Source: Bugula neritina (taxonomy: Eukaryota; Animalia; Bryozoa). From it: DNA of 64,000 nucleotides. Each line of letters starts with the position of its first letter. The first letter of the stretch is position 1. A program made the position numbers and the translations under genes. The notes below the pieces were generated by a model. It had not been told where the DNA came from, did not search any database, and worked only from the letters and a program-made list of their open reading frames with translations. The stretch is taken from the NCBI GenBank assembly GCA_964035545.1, contig OZ037769.1, positions 10,136,633-10,200,632 of the forward strand, read 5' to 3'. Shown in pieces: positions 52,518 through 64,000 of the stretch.

Positions 52518-53578
52518 TGTAGTAGTTTTGTGGGTGATAGAATGAAATCAGGCAGAGAACATAACTCCTTGTTATAGAAGAGACAAGAGAGAGAGGTTGC
52601 CGTGTGCTTGCAGTACTTTATTGTAGCAGTGAGAAGTGTCCAGTGTGAGCTCCAGTCCGCAAGTGACTGAAGCTCTAAAATGCGTGTCCTTTTATACTGG
52701 TAGAACAAAGGACCTCTAGAACCTTCCACCGACAGCGGGCCGATGTTCGGCAGGGGATACCGACATGACGAATGTCGGTAACTGACACTGGAAATATCGG
52801 TAACCGACATTCGGTCTGCCTGCATCCACCTGCTAAAATCGGTCCAACTGTCGGTTTACATGAATCAACAAAAATGAACCCAACCAAGTGTATGCGTATT
52901 GTAACTTGTAATTGGGGGAAAGGGGATTAACTATTTACTATGTTAAAAGCTCAACATTAGCCATAGTGTTTAAGGTATTAGAAAGTTACGCTACATAATT
53001 AACTATGATTACAGTATTTAGAAAAATAACCATAAGTAATGTGTCAAGGGGGATAACTCTTAATATTTACCACACACACCCCCTATCAGAAAGTACAGTT
53101 TCTGATACAAAAACAGAGGGTAAATATAACAACGTAAATCAACTGGCCAAGGGGCATGAGGAGTAGCATGAGAATACAGGGCTAGGCCACTGGGAATACA
53201 GAAAAATAATAATAAAAAAAACTTGGTTGAGGTTCAGGTTCTAGAGAAAAATGGTATAATACTGATAAATGCTAATAATAATAGTAAAATATAAAAAAAC
53301 TTTGATACTGCAATGCACACTATTGTTCACACACATATTTGTAGTAATACTTATAACACACTAATAAAAGTAATATAAAGTCTCATCTATCACTCCTTAG
53401 CAAAGCCTGAATGTCTCCTTCGAAGAGGTCTCTTGAGTCTCCAGATATCTCCTTCGTGTGGGCAGGGACAGGTAGGCTGGTTGCGAGTGGGGGGGGGGTA
53501 GAGCGCAGTAAGTGGATGATGAGTGAGAGGTGGTGGTGGATAGGTCGAGGTCTCTTCTTAGCCTTGGGCAGGTTCTGG

Positions 53579-56500
53579 CTACTGTCGTCTATCGTGGCCA
53601 GCACGACCCGTAAGTACGTTTGGTAGCGTCAGTGTTCTCCGTCCTGGTCCGTCGAGGTCTATCCAGACAGCCCAACTGCCCAGAGTCACTTGCGCTTCTT
53701 CCGCAGGGAGTTGAGCTTCTTCAGGTAAAGGAAGCTCCTCTAAAGCAGTGGGGGCAGACTGGGCCAGAGAGGGGGAACCCGTCGGGCCGACTGGAGCCGA
53801 GCCAGGGTTCCGGATAAAGGGGAAGTCGGGTTGAATCGCTTCGTCTACTCCAGTATCCATGTGGTTGTATGACGACTCTGGCTGCGGGAGAACCATGTCA
53901 TCGTCTGTTTCATCCTGATTGTTGTCAGAACCTAGTGAGGGGTCAGTATCTGCCGATTTTGGGTACGTGAACTCAATTTCAGTATCACGCCCCGGGTATC
54001 TAGGCCCACAGAGATGGAAGTCTATGCCTGTGCTAGGCGAATTAGGTTCTATTGGGGTTAGATTCACGGGTCCCACGTGATAATCGGCTAGATACCCTGG
54101 GGGTCTCCTACTTCTTGACTGTCTCTCCAACTCCACAGGTGCCTCAGGCTGGGGTGGAAGTGTGATAGGGGCAGGGGTCCCTGGGTCACTTCCTTCAGCG
54201 TGAGGTGCACCTCCTGGCACCGGGGCCGGCGCTGGGGCCGGTGCAACTGGTGGACCAGGTGGAGGAGGAGGTTCTGGTGTCCGGTCCGCTTCTACTGGGT
54301 CTTGGACTGCAATCTCCCACTCTCTGGGCCGAGCCACCCGTCCTCTGGAGATGGGCTGGCGAGCCGGCTCGAGTAGGGGAGGTGCCTGCCCCGCAGCGTC
54401 TGGGCTGCCCTCATAGGGTTTCAACCGCTGCTCGTTTTAGACTGAGACCTGCCCTGAGCGTTCCACACGGTATGTGTGGTTCGGTAGAACCTTTATGATG
54501 CAGTAGGGCCCCAAGAACTTGGGCTGAAGTTTAGCCGACTGTCTGTGTCGCCTACGGTGACTCACCATCCATACCCAGTTTCCTACTTGGTATAGTGGGG
54601 GCTCTTCGGAGTCTTCCGTCCTTGTCTGCCACTGCTGCTCGCGCAGGGCTTCATGAGCCTGCTCCATCGTCTCGATAAGCTTCCCCACGTACTCATGTAC
54701 GGGGGCCTCAGGCGCAGGAACATGATATGTTAGGTGCTCCGGGATGCGAGTCTCCCGACCGAGCATCAGGAAGTTTGGGGTTTCCAGGGTACTGGAGTGT
54801 GGTGTGCTGCGGTAGGCCCGCATTATCTGGGGCAGCACCACGTCCCATTCTTCCTGTCCTCGGCCTAAGAGCAGGCTTCGGAGGGCATCTCCTAACATCC
54901 TATTGTTCCTCTCGACGACTCCGTTCCCTTGCGGGTGATATGGGGTCGTCCGGCTTTGGTTCACCCCCCATATCCGGCAGAGGTCTCCCATTAGCTGGGA
55001 CTGGAACTGGGCCCCCTGGTCAGTGTGAATCTGTTTGGGAAGCCCGAAATAGCAGAACACTTGCTGATCCAGGGTCCGGGCCACGGTGGGGGCTGATGCA
55101 TCTGGTATAGCCAGGGCATCAGCCCACCGAGTGAAGTGGTTCGTGAGCACCAGTATCCAGGTGTTCCCTCTGGCAGATAACGGCATAGGTCCGACTAGAT
55201 CCACGGCCACTACCTGCCATGGCCGACCAGCGTATAGCCGGCGTCGACCCGTGGTCTCGGTAAGGCGGCCATGTTTGCTAGCCTGGCAGACCTCACATTG
55301 CCGTATCCGCAGTCGCACGTCCCGAGTCAGTCCGAGCCAGTACCAGCGCAGTCTCAGACATCTGATGACCCGACTGGCCCCTGAATGGGCCTGTTTGTGG
55401 GTGTCCCAGATTATTTCCCGCTGGAGGGCACGTGGACATACGACGCGTTCCCTCTCACGGCGGTTATCTGCTGCGAGTGTAATGGTGAGGAGGCCGTCCT
55501 GGCTGACCTTGAGGGAATCCCAGCGGCTACAGAGGTGTCGGTACTCGACGTCCCCTTGTCGCTGCTGTTTCTCGGTAGGTCGGCGGCCCTCCTTTTTGGC
55601 CCGGAAGATTTCAGCCACCGCTCCTGGTAGTGTCTGCTGGAGCCGACTCAGCTCCTGGACGTTTTGATACAGCATGGGGTTGGCCCGTAGGGCATTGACG
55701 GTATCCGGTGGGCGTTCGGACCGAAGCTGGCCGCCTTCCCAACTGTGGACGTCGTCGCTCCCCAGCTCTCTCTCTACGTCCAGGCGAGCGGGTCCTCCAT
55801 CTCGCTCCTCGATGTGCAGACACTGCTTGCAGGCCTCCTCCGGCCGTCTGCTCATCCCATCAGCATTCCCGTGCTTCCCCCCAGCACGATGCTCGATCCT
55901 GTATGAGAATTCCGCAAGAATCTCCAGCCATCGGGCCACCTGGCTCGAGGGCTCTGCACGCTTACACAGCCATATTAGAGATGCATGGTCTGTTCGCAAC
56001 CTGAACGCTTTCCCATACAAATATGGCCGGAAGTGCTTCACCGCCTTAACTACTGCCAGGAGCTTCTTTCTGATGGTGCAGTAGTTCTTCACGGCGGGGG
56101 AGAGGGTCTTGCTGTAGTAGGCGACGACCACCTCAGCTCCACCCTGAACCTGTGACAGAACAGCTCCCACGTTGTGGTCGCTGGCGTCGGTGTCCAGGAT
56201 GTATTCCTTGGCTGGGTCAGGGTACGCCAGAATAGGCGCCTCTGTTAGCCGACTTTTGAGGTGGTCAAATGCCTGTTGCTCCTCCTGTGTCCACTGCCAC
56301 CGGACCCCTTTAGCTGTTAGCCGATTCAATGGCTGTGCAACTCCTGCAAACCCGGGGATATACTGCCGATAGTACCCCACCAGGCCCAGGAATGCGCGTA
56401 GCTCTGTGAGGTCTCGGGGGACAGTCCACTCCTCCACAGCCCGTACCTTCTCCGGGTCGGTAGCGACGCCGTGACGGCCAACCACATGGCCTAGGTACTT

Positions 56501-58441
56501 CACCTCCGGCTGTAGGAGTGTACACTTGGAGGGCTTTAGCTTCAATCCGGCGGTCCGAAGACGGTCAAAGACCTCCCGCAGACGACTGACATGAGTCGCA
56601 AAGTCTGGGGAGATTACTATGACGCCGTCCAGATAGATGAGCAAAGTCTTCCAGTGTAATCCACTGAGGACCTGCTCCATGAGTCGCTGGAAGGTTGCCG
56701 GGGCGGACGTTAGTCCAAATGGCAGAACCTTCCACTTCCAGAGCCCATCGCGGGTGATGAACGCTGCCTTGTCCTGTGCATCGGGACTGAGGGGCACTTG
56801 CCAGTACCCACTCAGCAGGTCCAAAGTACTGAAGTACTTGCTTCCCGCGAGGGCGTCTAGAGACTCGTCTATCCTGGGAAGAGGGTAAGCATCCTGGATG
56901 GTGACACTGTTGAGTCTGCGGTAGTCCACGCAGAACCTCCAGGTACCATCCTTCTTCTTGACCAAGACCACGGGAGAGCTCCACGCACCGTGGGCAGGCT
57001 CAATCAGGTCCCGGTCAAGAAGGTCTTGCACTTGTCTGCTTACTTCCTTCTCCTTCTCCGGACCTAGCCGTCGTGTAAGCTGCCTGATGGGGGTGGTCCC
57101 GGCTGCCAAGGGTATCTCAAGACACACCACCTTGGTCAGCCCCATGTCTTCATCTCCGCGACTGAAGACGTCACTGTAGTCCACCAGTAGTCGAGCCAGT
57201 GCTTGGCGATCGGCACTACTGCTACAGTTCCCACAGGCTCCATCATATAGGCCAGCCACATGCTCCGGTATCGCCGTCCGTCCGGCCCGAGGGGGAGCAC
57301 CCGGGGCGTCGGTCACTGTCTCCAGTGCTGGCCCCACATCCGATTCCTGGATGGAGTGGTACTTCCCCACCAGGGCGCCTGCCGATAGCTTGATCGGCTC
57401 GGTGAAAGGGTTGATGCACTGTACGAGGAGTTCTCCCTGGCAGTCTAGCCGATTTAGGCTGTTTGCCAACTGGATCCCTCCTGGCATTCCTTCTACCAGT
57501 CCCAGTCCAGCTATCCTCTTGCAGTTGACCTTGCAGCGGAGGGTAGCCTGGGACCGTCTGGGTACAGTGCAGTTGTGCACTATTTGGACCCCACTTACCA
57601 AGGGTCTACCGAACTTGTCGACGCAGACAAGTTCCTTGCCAGCCATCACCAACGCAGAATTCTGGAAGTCTATGCGACACTGGTGTTTCTCCAGAAACGG
57701 CATGCCCAGAATTGCGTCCTCCTTCAGATGGCTGACAATAAAGGTCTCGTGGATCGCCTGATCCCGGACCTGTCCATGTAGTGTAAGGACGCCGTAGAAG
57801 GGAATGCATGATCCGTCCGCCAACGTACCATGCGCCCCCTCATACGGCTCGAGACTGGCCCTCACGTGGGCCCCAACGGTGTCAAACAGGCGCCGACTCA
57901 GCAGGTTGGTAGTACAACCGGTGTCCAACAGGAAGGTGGCAGCTTTTCCCGCAATCTTCCCGGGTAGGAAGTAGCTGCTTCCATATGGCTGGACACTTTT
58001 AGGCTGGTCGGCCTCTGTGGGTGACACCTCCTGGGTTACCACGTGGGGTCGCCTCCTTGTCTTCGCGACAGCGGGGGTTTTTAGAGGTCTAGAAGGTAGC
58101 TTGGGAAACTCTTGCGAGTAAGCTGGATCTTCTTCTATGACCTCGTGGGTTAACCCCGCGAACCGGTTGTGGAGTGGCCAGGCAGGAGGTTCGGGAAAAC
58201 CTTGCGGTCTCCGAGGTCTCCGGGGTGCCTGCCACCCCGTGTCAGCTGGCTCCCTCCGAGTACTGCTTGGCATGGCTGGAGGTCTAGGTGGGCCTCTAGG
58301 CCCCCTTCTCTGAGGACTAGGCCGTCTGAGGTTGGCCGCTTTGTCCATCGTTCCTCCAGATGCGTCCAGTGTACTCCTGGGTGGGAGGTTTGACCTGGGC
58401 TCACGGTTGGCGGAATCTACCGTGAGCCTCCGGCGTTTAAA
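53579..58441 (-). pseudogene. pol: E3 pol with RT active site mutated to YLDG, a nonsense TAA at 54437 and a long Pro/acidic tail
   Basis: The 1342-aa ORF plus the in-frame ORF 53579-54424; LLDTG protease; HHCC and DDE integrase. Confidence 0.93.
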
Positions 58442-59308
58442 GGTAGTTTTCCCTTTTGGGGACAACGCCGCTGGACGTGACCCAAGGCGCTACACCCCCA
58501 GCATGTGGGTTGGTTCAGCCTGGTTGGGTTAGTCCGAGTATCGGTCGTCCTCCTGCCTCCCTGTTGCTGTTGCAGACTCGCTACTTCCAGTTGCAGGCCT
58601 TTCACCATGTCTACCAACATGGTGATCTGCGAGGAAGAGGGTGCAGGGTCAGCAACAGTGGCAACTGTGGCTTCTTCTTCTTTGGCCGCCTCTTCCCTCT
58701 TCCACTTGACTTGCTGTGAAGTCGGCTCTGTGGGGGTTGTCTACCTGATAGTAGGACCGGCCCATCGCTAGAGCTTCCTCGATCGTGGAAATCTTGGCGG
58801 CCAGGTAATGCTTCTGTAGAGCGCTGTCATTGATAGTACTGAAGAAGGCCTCGTAGACTAGCTCCCGCCGCTCATCTAGAGCGATTCGGCTGTATGCTAT
58901 CAATGCCAGTCTTTCAATGGCGTTAGCATGGTCTTGAAGCGAGGTCCTTCTGTCCCTCTTCATGTTCTGAAGTTTGGTTCGGGCTTCTCTAGCAGTCAGA
59001 CCGAACCGTGTCCGGAGTGCCTGATAGATCTGCCCAACATTCTCCCCGACAGCGTAGTTCTTAGCTGATCCAGTCAGGCATGACCGCAGCTGTAGAAGAC
59101 GTACCGGTGCCGGCCATGCGGCGAGGGTAGCAACATCTTCAAATTCTTTGATGAACTGCTCTACGTCGCAGTCCCCTCCAAAAATCGGCGGCTGAAGGCG
59201 ATACCTGTCGAGAGGTAGTGCCGGGTTAGCCGGGCCGATTGCCCGGAGGGCGGTTACTAGGCTCTCCAGGGTGAGAGCCTCTCCTCCATTTTCTGGTGCC
59301 CTTGACAT
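58417..59308 (-). pseudogene. gag: E3 gag with a 1-nt frameshift near 58696; knuckle CWGCSALGHVQRRC
   Basis: ORFs 58649-59308 and 58417-58620. Confidence 0.88.
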
Positions 59309-60365
59309 CTGGCTAGCTCCTTGTCTCTTCCAAGGGCTGCCTGACTATTCTGATCCCACCGCTGCCACCGATGTAGTAGTTTTGTGGGTGATAGAATGAA
59401 ATCAGGCAGAGAACATAACTCCTTGTTATAGAAGAGACAAGAGAGAGAGGTTGCCGTGTGCTTGCAGTACTTTATTGTAGCAGTGAGAAGTGTCCAGTGT
59501 GAGCTCCAGTCCGCAAGTGACTGAAGCTCTAAAATGCGTGTCCTTTTATACTGGTAGAACAAAGGACCTCTAGAACCTTCCACCGACAGCGGGCCGATGT
59601 TCGGCAGGGGATACCGACATGACGAATGTCGGTAACCGACACTGGAAATATCGGTAACCGACATTCGGTCTGCCTGCATCCACCTGCCGAAATCGGTCCA
59701 ACTGTCGGTTTACATGAATCAACAAAAATGAACCCAACCAAGTGTATGCGTATTGTTGTGAGTTTTAGCACAATTATCAAGCGTGGATTGTCTGCGTATT
59801 TAGTTTCAATTTAACTAGCAACTACTAACAGAGCTTGCGTACGATAACCTTTATTTAATTCGATAAACATAATTATAACAGTATGTCAAAACCACAATAC
59901 ATCAATCAATTATAAACACGTCTAGCTACTACGAGCCCCTGCTCTCAACAACATGGTTTCTGCTAACTAACCCGCGAACAGTCACTTGACCGGAACCTTG
60001 CCTTCCGGTCCTTCTGATTGGTTGGTAGAACATAGTTATAAGTATTCCAATGCAGGAGGAGACAAATGCATTATTATGCTACGTAATCCCATTACACCGC
60101 CCCCACCAGCAGAAAGCCATACTTTCTGATAAAAACAGAAATAGTATAATAATGCAAAAATAACATAAGTCAAGAAAATCCACAAAGAGAAAGAAGAGAA
60201 ATACCAAATGTATGATAATATAAGTAAGATAACGGATGGCCAGCGTACCACTGGCCAGCTATAAAGAGAGAGTCCTGGATCGTAGGTCTTTAGCAGTCAA
60301 GCATTTGCATGATCACAACGTAGTATCCCGGGAACATGCGGGGTGGAATTGCCAACTGTCAGCTC

Positions 60366-61393
60366 CTATTTTTGTAGGGACTGGATCCGGTGACGTGCTT
60401 GCCGTGCACGTAGTCTACGCTTAAGGCGTCCCACTGAGCCCTTTAGTTCATTAAGGCTCACTGAAGTGCTGAGTAAGTCGGGAGCCAACTGGGTGAATTC
60501 ATCTTGCAGCCGTAAGAGTCTTTCTTCAATGGTTGCTAGCCGGGTAGGTCTGGGTGGAGTTGGCGTCGCCTCCTCTGGGGAGTCTGATGCTTCCATAGGG
60601 GTATTATCTAGCCGCGGTATGATTGCGGCGACCGTTTTCACCATAGGGGACTTCTGACGGGCGGCTGTTAGCAATGTATAAAATCCGGAGGATAATGCGG
60701 CCCAGGTTAAAGCCTTCTTAACTACTGGTTTGACCGCTTCTAGGTATTTATCGTAGTTGTCCGCGTCTACTACATAGCCTTCGCCCGCGAAACAGTCCAT
60801 CATATGAGCCACGACGGGGTATGGGTACACGTCGTGAAATCCACACGGACAGAACCGTAGCAGGAAGTGTGCATTCACATGCAGCCGTAGTCCTTGGTGT
60901 GAGGGAAGCTCTTCGTAACACATGTGGCAGGTGTTTTGTGACCTACTCGGTCCCCAGGCTTCTTCAATCTGCCGCTCCGTTCGTCGCGACACCCATCTGT
61001 GTCTTCGACGCAGCACCGCGGGCAGTCCGTTGTCCATTTCCGGTCCGTTATCCAAGGAGGAGAGAGAGTGTAGATCCTGTGACCCAGAGTTGGTCGATCG
61101 AGTGTGATCTGCAAGAGTATAACAGTGTAGAGTGTACACTGAGTACAACCGGCGTATACAGCCTGGTGGGTACTTAACTCAATTAGACACTCGTGAGACT
61201 CAGTTAATGAATAGTTGATCGAAAACACACACTGCTGTAACAGACTGTTAAGTCTTAGAGTCAATGTGAATTCTCACCACTAAAAATCATTACCGAGTCT
61301 CCAGCTTACTCTATTATAGTTAAGCTGATTAATACAGTTTAGCCCTCGTACCAAAAACATAACTAACTCACCCCTCGATTCTTGGCAAGCCAT
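60366..61393 (-). CDS. E4 accessory ORF3, predicted spliced (61372-61393 + 60366-61108), 254 aa zinc-finger/coiled-coil protein
   Basis: CHMC-x12-H-x3-H and CPC-x12-H-x3-C; RLATIEERLLRLQDEFTQLAPDLL; donor G|gtgagt; acceptor ctcttgcag|. Confidence 0.75.
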
Positions 61394-62140
61394 TGTGAAT
61401 GAGAGTGGTATGTTTATGAATTCTACGTACGTCTACTCAAAGCTGTATTAATGTGATGAAAGAGCGAGCAGCGTGGTTGTGAAACGTGACTATGACTTAT
61501 TACCTCCGGCGTATGAATCTTATTTGAATCTCCGCCGAGGCAAAAGTTGATATTTTCGTGGTGCTCACAACTCCCACGCTCTGCTCTCTTCTCCTCGCGG
61601 CTTCTCGTAGGACGTTTGACCGCGCCCTGAACGGAACGTGGTAAGTCCTTGCGATACGCGGGGCCTGGCTTAGGACACCGTTTCCAAGGTGTCGTCACTA
61701 ACCAAGGCGGTTTACGCACCCGTGGACGGTCACGTCTCTTGGGTGGTGCTTCCAGCCAGTTTGTGACAAATGGAGCTTTCCTAGCATCTCCGTTCGGAGC
61801 CTGGGGAAGTGTTATCTCTAGCCATGGTGGTTTACGCACCCGTGGACGGTCACGTCTCTTGGGTGGTGCTTCCAGCCAATTTGTAACAGATGGAGCTTTC
61901 CCAGTACTTCCGCACGGAGCCCCTCCCTTGGGGGGTTTTTGCACTTCCAGGTCGGTTCCTGACCTAGGAAGTGGCGGTGGCGGCTTGCACGCTAACGGCG
62001 GTGAGCGCACTTCCCTGGACGGGGGTGGCTTTTCCTGCCTCGCCACTGTTTTGGGTTGCATCCTAGGCGGTTTGTCAACCAGGTTAGCAGTCTCCGTCTG
62101 CCCGGGTTTTTCTGCACTTTGCCTTCGCCGCCCTACCTCC

Positions 62141-63610
62141 TCAGTAGGGGGGGCCGTGCTTACTGACCCGGCAGACTCCGCACTGCCCAACGCTGTGTCG
62201 TACATCACGCTCCATGTGAGGCCAATACCACCAGAGTTGTAGTTCGGTAAACACCTGTTGGGCTCCCCCATGAGCCTGTTGGTGTACCTCTTCTATCAAC
62301 TCTTGGCGGATGGCGGCAAGACAGAGGGTCCTCTCCTGGTCTGGCTGGTGGTGGTTATCGGCCAAAGATATGGTCAGTAGACCATCCGGCCCGATCCGCA
62401 GTGCGTTCCACTGTCGGCAGTACAGCTGCCACTCAGGGCAGCCCTGCTCCCGTTGTCTGTCACTGGGTCGTCGCCCTTCCCGTTTCATTCGATAGACGTC
62501 GGCTACCACCCCCGGAATAATTTCCTGGAGGTGTCCTAGCTCCTTGACGCCATCGGTTGAGACAGGTTTGGCGGGGGGGGGGGGGGGGTCCCGTGCCACC
62601 TCTGGGGGCATGTCAGGATTCCCAAGGTGAGGTGTAATCTCGGTTTTGTGTATTGACGTGGCCGTTTCCGGGCGCTGTTCGTCATCCACGCAACCGGCTG
62701 ATGTTCTCCCACGGGTCTCCTGGCTGTGGGGTGAGGCAGTCCTTCGCCCGTAGGGCGGCTTCTCTAGAGGACTTTTCATCGAGGTTTCCCGCGATGGCCT
62801 GCTGTTATCTTCTTGAACAGAAGGAGTACAGCTTGGTGGAGAGGTGGGTGGTAGGCTCACTGGTTCAGAGGGGGAGTGGAGGCATGGCACCGGGGTCTTT
62901 CCTTTCCGTGTCAGCTGGTTAGAGCTGCGGACAGGTGGGACTTTCGGGTGCGCGCTCTCTACAGCTCCCGGCCTGGAGGTACGGCCACCGTCTACCTTGC
63001 GGTGGACGGTGTCCCGGGAGTGGCCAGGCATAGTGCAAGTACGTACTACCGGCTCTTCTCCCGTTAGGGGACGGCTATGGACCTGCCGCGAAGGGGAAGA
63101 CGGCGCCCCGTACGGCGTCTTCGTCTTCTCCCTCGCAGTGTCTGAGGTCGACAGCCCATCGAGTCCGTCTCGGAGTGGCTCCCGGCGGTGCGGCTTGGGT
63201 CTAGTTTCCCTTCGAGGCTTCTTCGCCGGCCCGCAGGGTGCGGGGGCCGTGGAGGGCTCCATGTCCATGGTGGAGATGCCAAAACGGGCCCGCAGGGAAG
63301 CGAAGATACTGGCCACGTCAGTTCCCTCGCCGCATGGCTTGGCCTTGTCCGCCAACGCTGTCCTAAGCTTGAGCAACGCCATTCTTGGTGGCCACCGTGC
63401 AAAATTCCGCAGATCTTGAAAAGTTTGAATGAATTGTTCTACTGATTCTTTACCTGTAAAGGTGGGTGTCTTCAGCCGATATATAGTCTCCTCGAATCTT
63501 ATAACAACTCTCACCATATCCCAGACTGCGGGGTCTACAGGCGTGACAATGTCATCTTCCTCCTCTTCACTTAGTGGCATGAGTAGTTCCGTAGCTCTTT
63601 CTTTTGCCAT
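62141..63610 (-). CDS. E4 chimeric ORF, 489 aa: Gag N-terminus + Pro-rich out-of-frame pol remnants + pre-integrase region and HHCC domain
   Basis: KTPTFTGKESVEQF..RARFG (gag); PGVVADVYR..HQQAHGG..CGVC (pol). Confidence 0.6.
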   Translation of the reverse strand: MAKERATELLMPLSEEEEDDIVTPVDPAVWDMVRVVIRFEETIYRLKTPTFTGKESVEQFIQTFQDLRNFARWPPRMALLKLRTALADKAKPCGEGTDVASIFASLRARFGISTMDMEPSTAPAPCGPAKKPRRETRPKPHRREPLRDGLDGLSTSDTAREKTKTPYGAPSSPSRQVHSRPLTGEEPVVRTCTMPGHSRDTVHRKVDGGRTSRPGAVESAHPKVPPVRSSNQLTRKGKTPVPCLHSPSEPVSLPPTSPPSCTPSVQEDNSRPSRETSMKSPLEKPPYGRRTASPHSQETRGRTSAGCVDDEQRPETATSIHKTEITPHLGNPDMPPEVARDPPPPPAKPVSTDGVKELGHLQEIIPGVVADVYRMKREGRRPSDRQREQGCPEWQLYCRQWNALRIGPDGLLTISLADNHHQPDQERTLCLAAIRQELIEEVHQQAHGGAQQVFTELQLWWYWPHMERDVRHSVGQCGVCRVSKHGPPY

Positions 63611-64000
63611 TCTGATATACGCATAATCCCACCGCTGCCACCACTGTTGTGAGTTTTAGCACAATTATCAAGCGTGGATTGTCTGCGTATTTAGTTTCAA
63701 TTTAACTAGCAACTACTAACAGAGCTTGCGTACGATAACCTTTATTTAATTCGATAAACATAATTATAACAGTATGTCAAAACCACAATACATCAATCAA
63801 TTATAAACACGTCTAGCTACTACGAGCCCCTGCTCTCAACAACATGGTTTCTGCTAACTAACCCGCGAACAGTCACTTGACCGGAACCTTGCCTCCCGGT
63901 CCTTCTGATTGGTTGGTAGAACATAGTTATAAGTATTCCAATGCAGGAGGAGACAAATGCATTATTATGCTACGTAATCCCATTACAGTATTGTAACTTG

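Larger units (their letters stand above)
59754..63987 (-). mobile_element. E4: non-autonomous Gypsy derivative (4234 bp) nested in the E3 5' LTR
   Basis: 343-bp LTRs 59754-60096 and 63645-63987 (one difference seen); TSD GTAT; PBS 63626-63643; no RT, RNase H or integrase core. Confidence 0.96.
52518..64000 (-). mobile_element. E3: Gypsy LTR retrotransposon of a long-LTR subfamily; its 5' LTR is split by E4 and runs off the window
   Basis: 3' LTR 52518-~53074; 5' LTR 59372-59753 resumes at 63992 (tgtaacttg); PBS 59353-59370. Confidence 0.95.

Noticed and set aside
52460-52887. ORFs duplicated at 59257-59780
   Set aside because: They are simply the two LTR copies of E3.
54727-57761. Many plus-strand ORFs antisense to pol (also in E1, E2 and E4)
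   Set aside because: Shadow ORFs of GC-rich coding sequence with no recognisable motifs.

Overview
AT-rich animal (invertebrate-like) genomic DNA with spliceosomal introns. The left ~38 kb holds four host genes: the N-terminal Keap1-binding exons of an Nrf2/CncC factor (-), FAM210A-like (+), a complete Rab3 (-, with a GC-AG intron) and a putatively membrane-anchored copine/RGLG-type vWA protein (+). They are interspersed with LINE fragments, tRNA-derived SINEs, hAT MITEs, minisatellites and long 3/6-bp-periodic AT tracts. The right part is a nested TE cluster. The window holds five related Ty3/Gypsy LTR retrotransposons that share a tRNA-Leu PBS: E1 24817-32303, E0 42864-44983, E2 45480-51718, E3 52518-window end, and E4 59754-63987 (inserted in the 5' LTR of E3). 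The main discovery is that E1, E2 and E4 carry, between pol and the 3' LTR, a sense-strand accessory gene that appears to contain an intron. It consists of a 22-25 nt ATG mini-exon, a phase-1 GT-AG intron of 263-311 nt, and an exon encoding tandem C2H2 + C2HC zinc fingers and a C-terminal coiled-coil/basic tail. The gene is intact in E1 and E4 although their gag-pol is dead, and it appears to be exchanged as a module together with the LTR. The family also shows a covarying -1 frameshift hairpin and a conserved hairpin beside the polypurine tract. All calls come from manual reading; no database searches or alignments were run.
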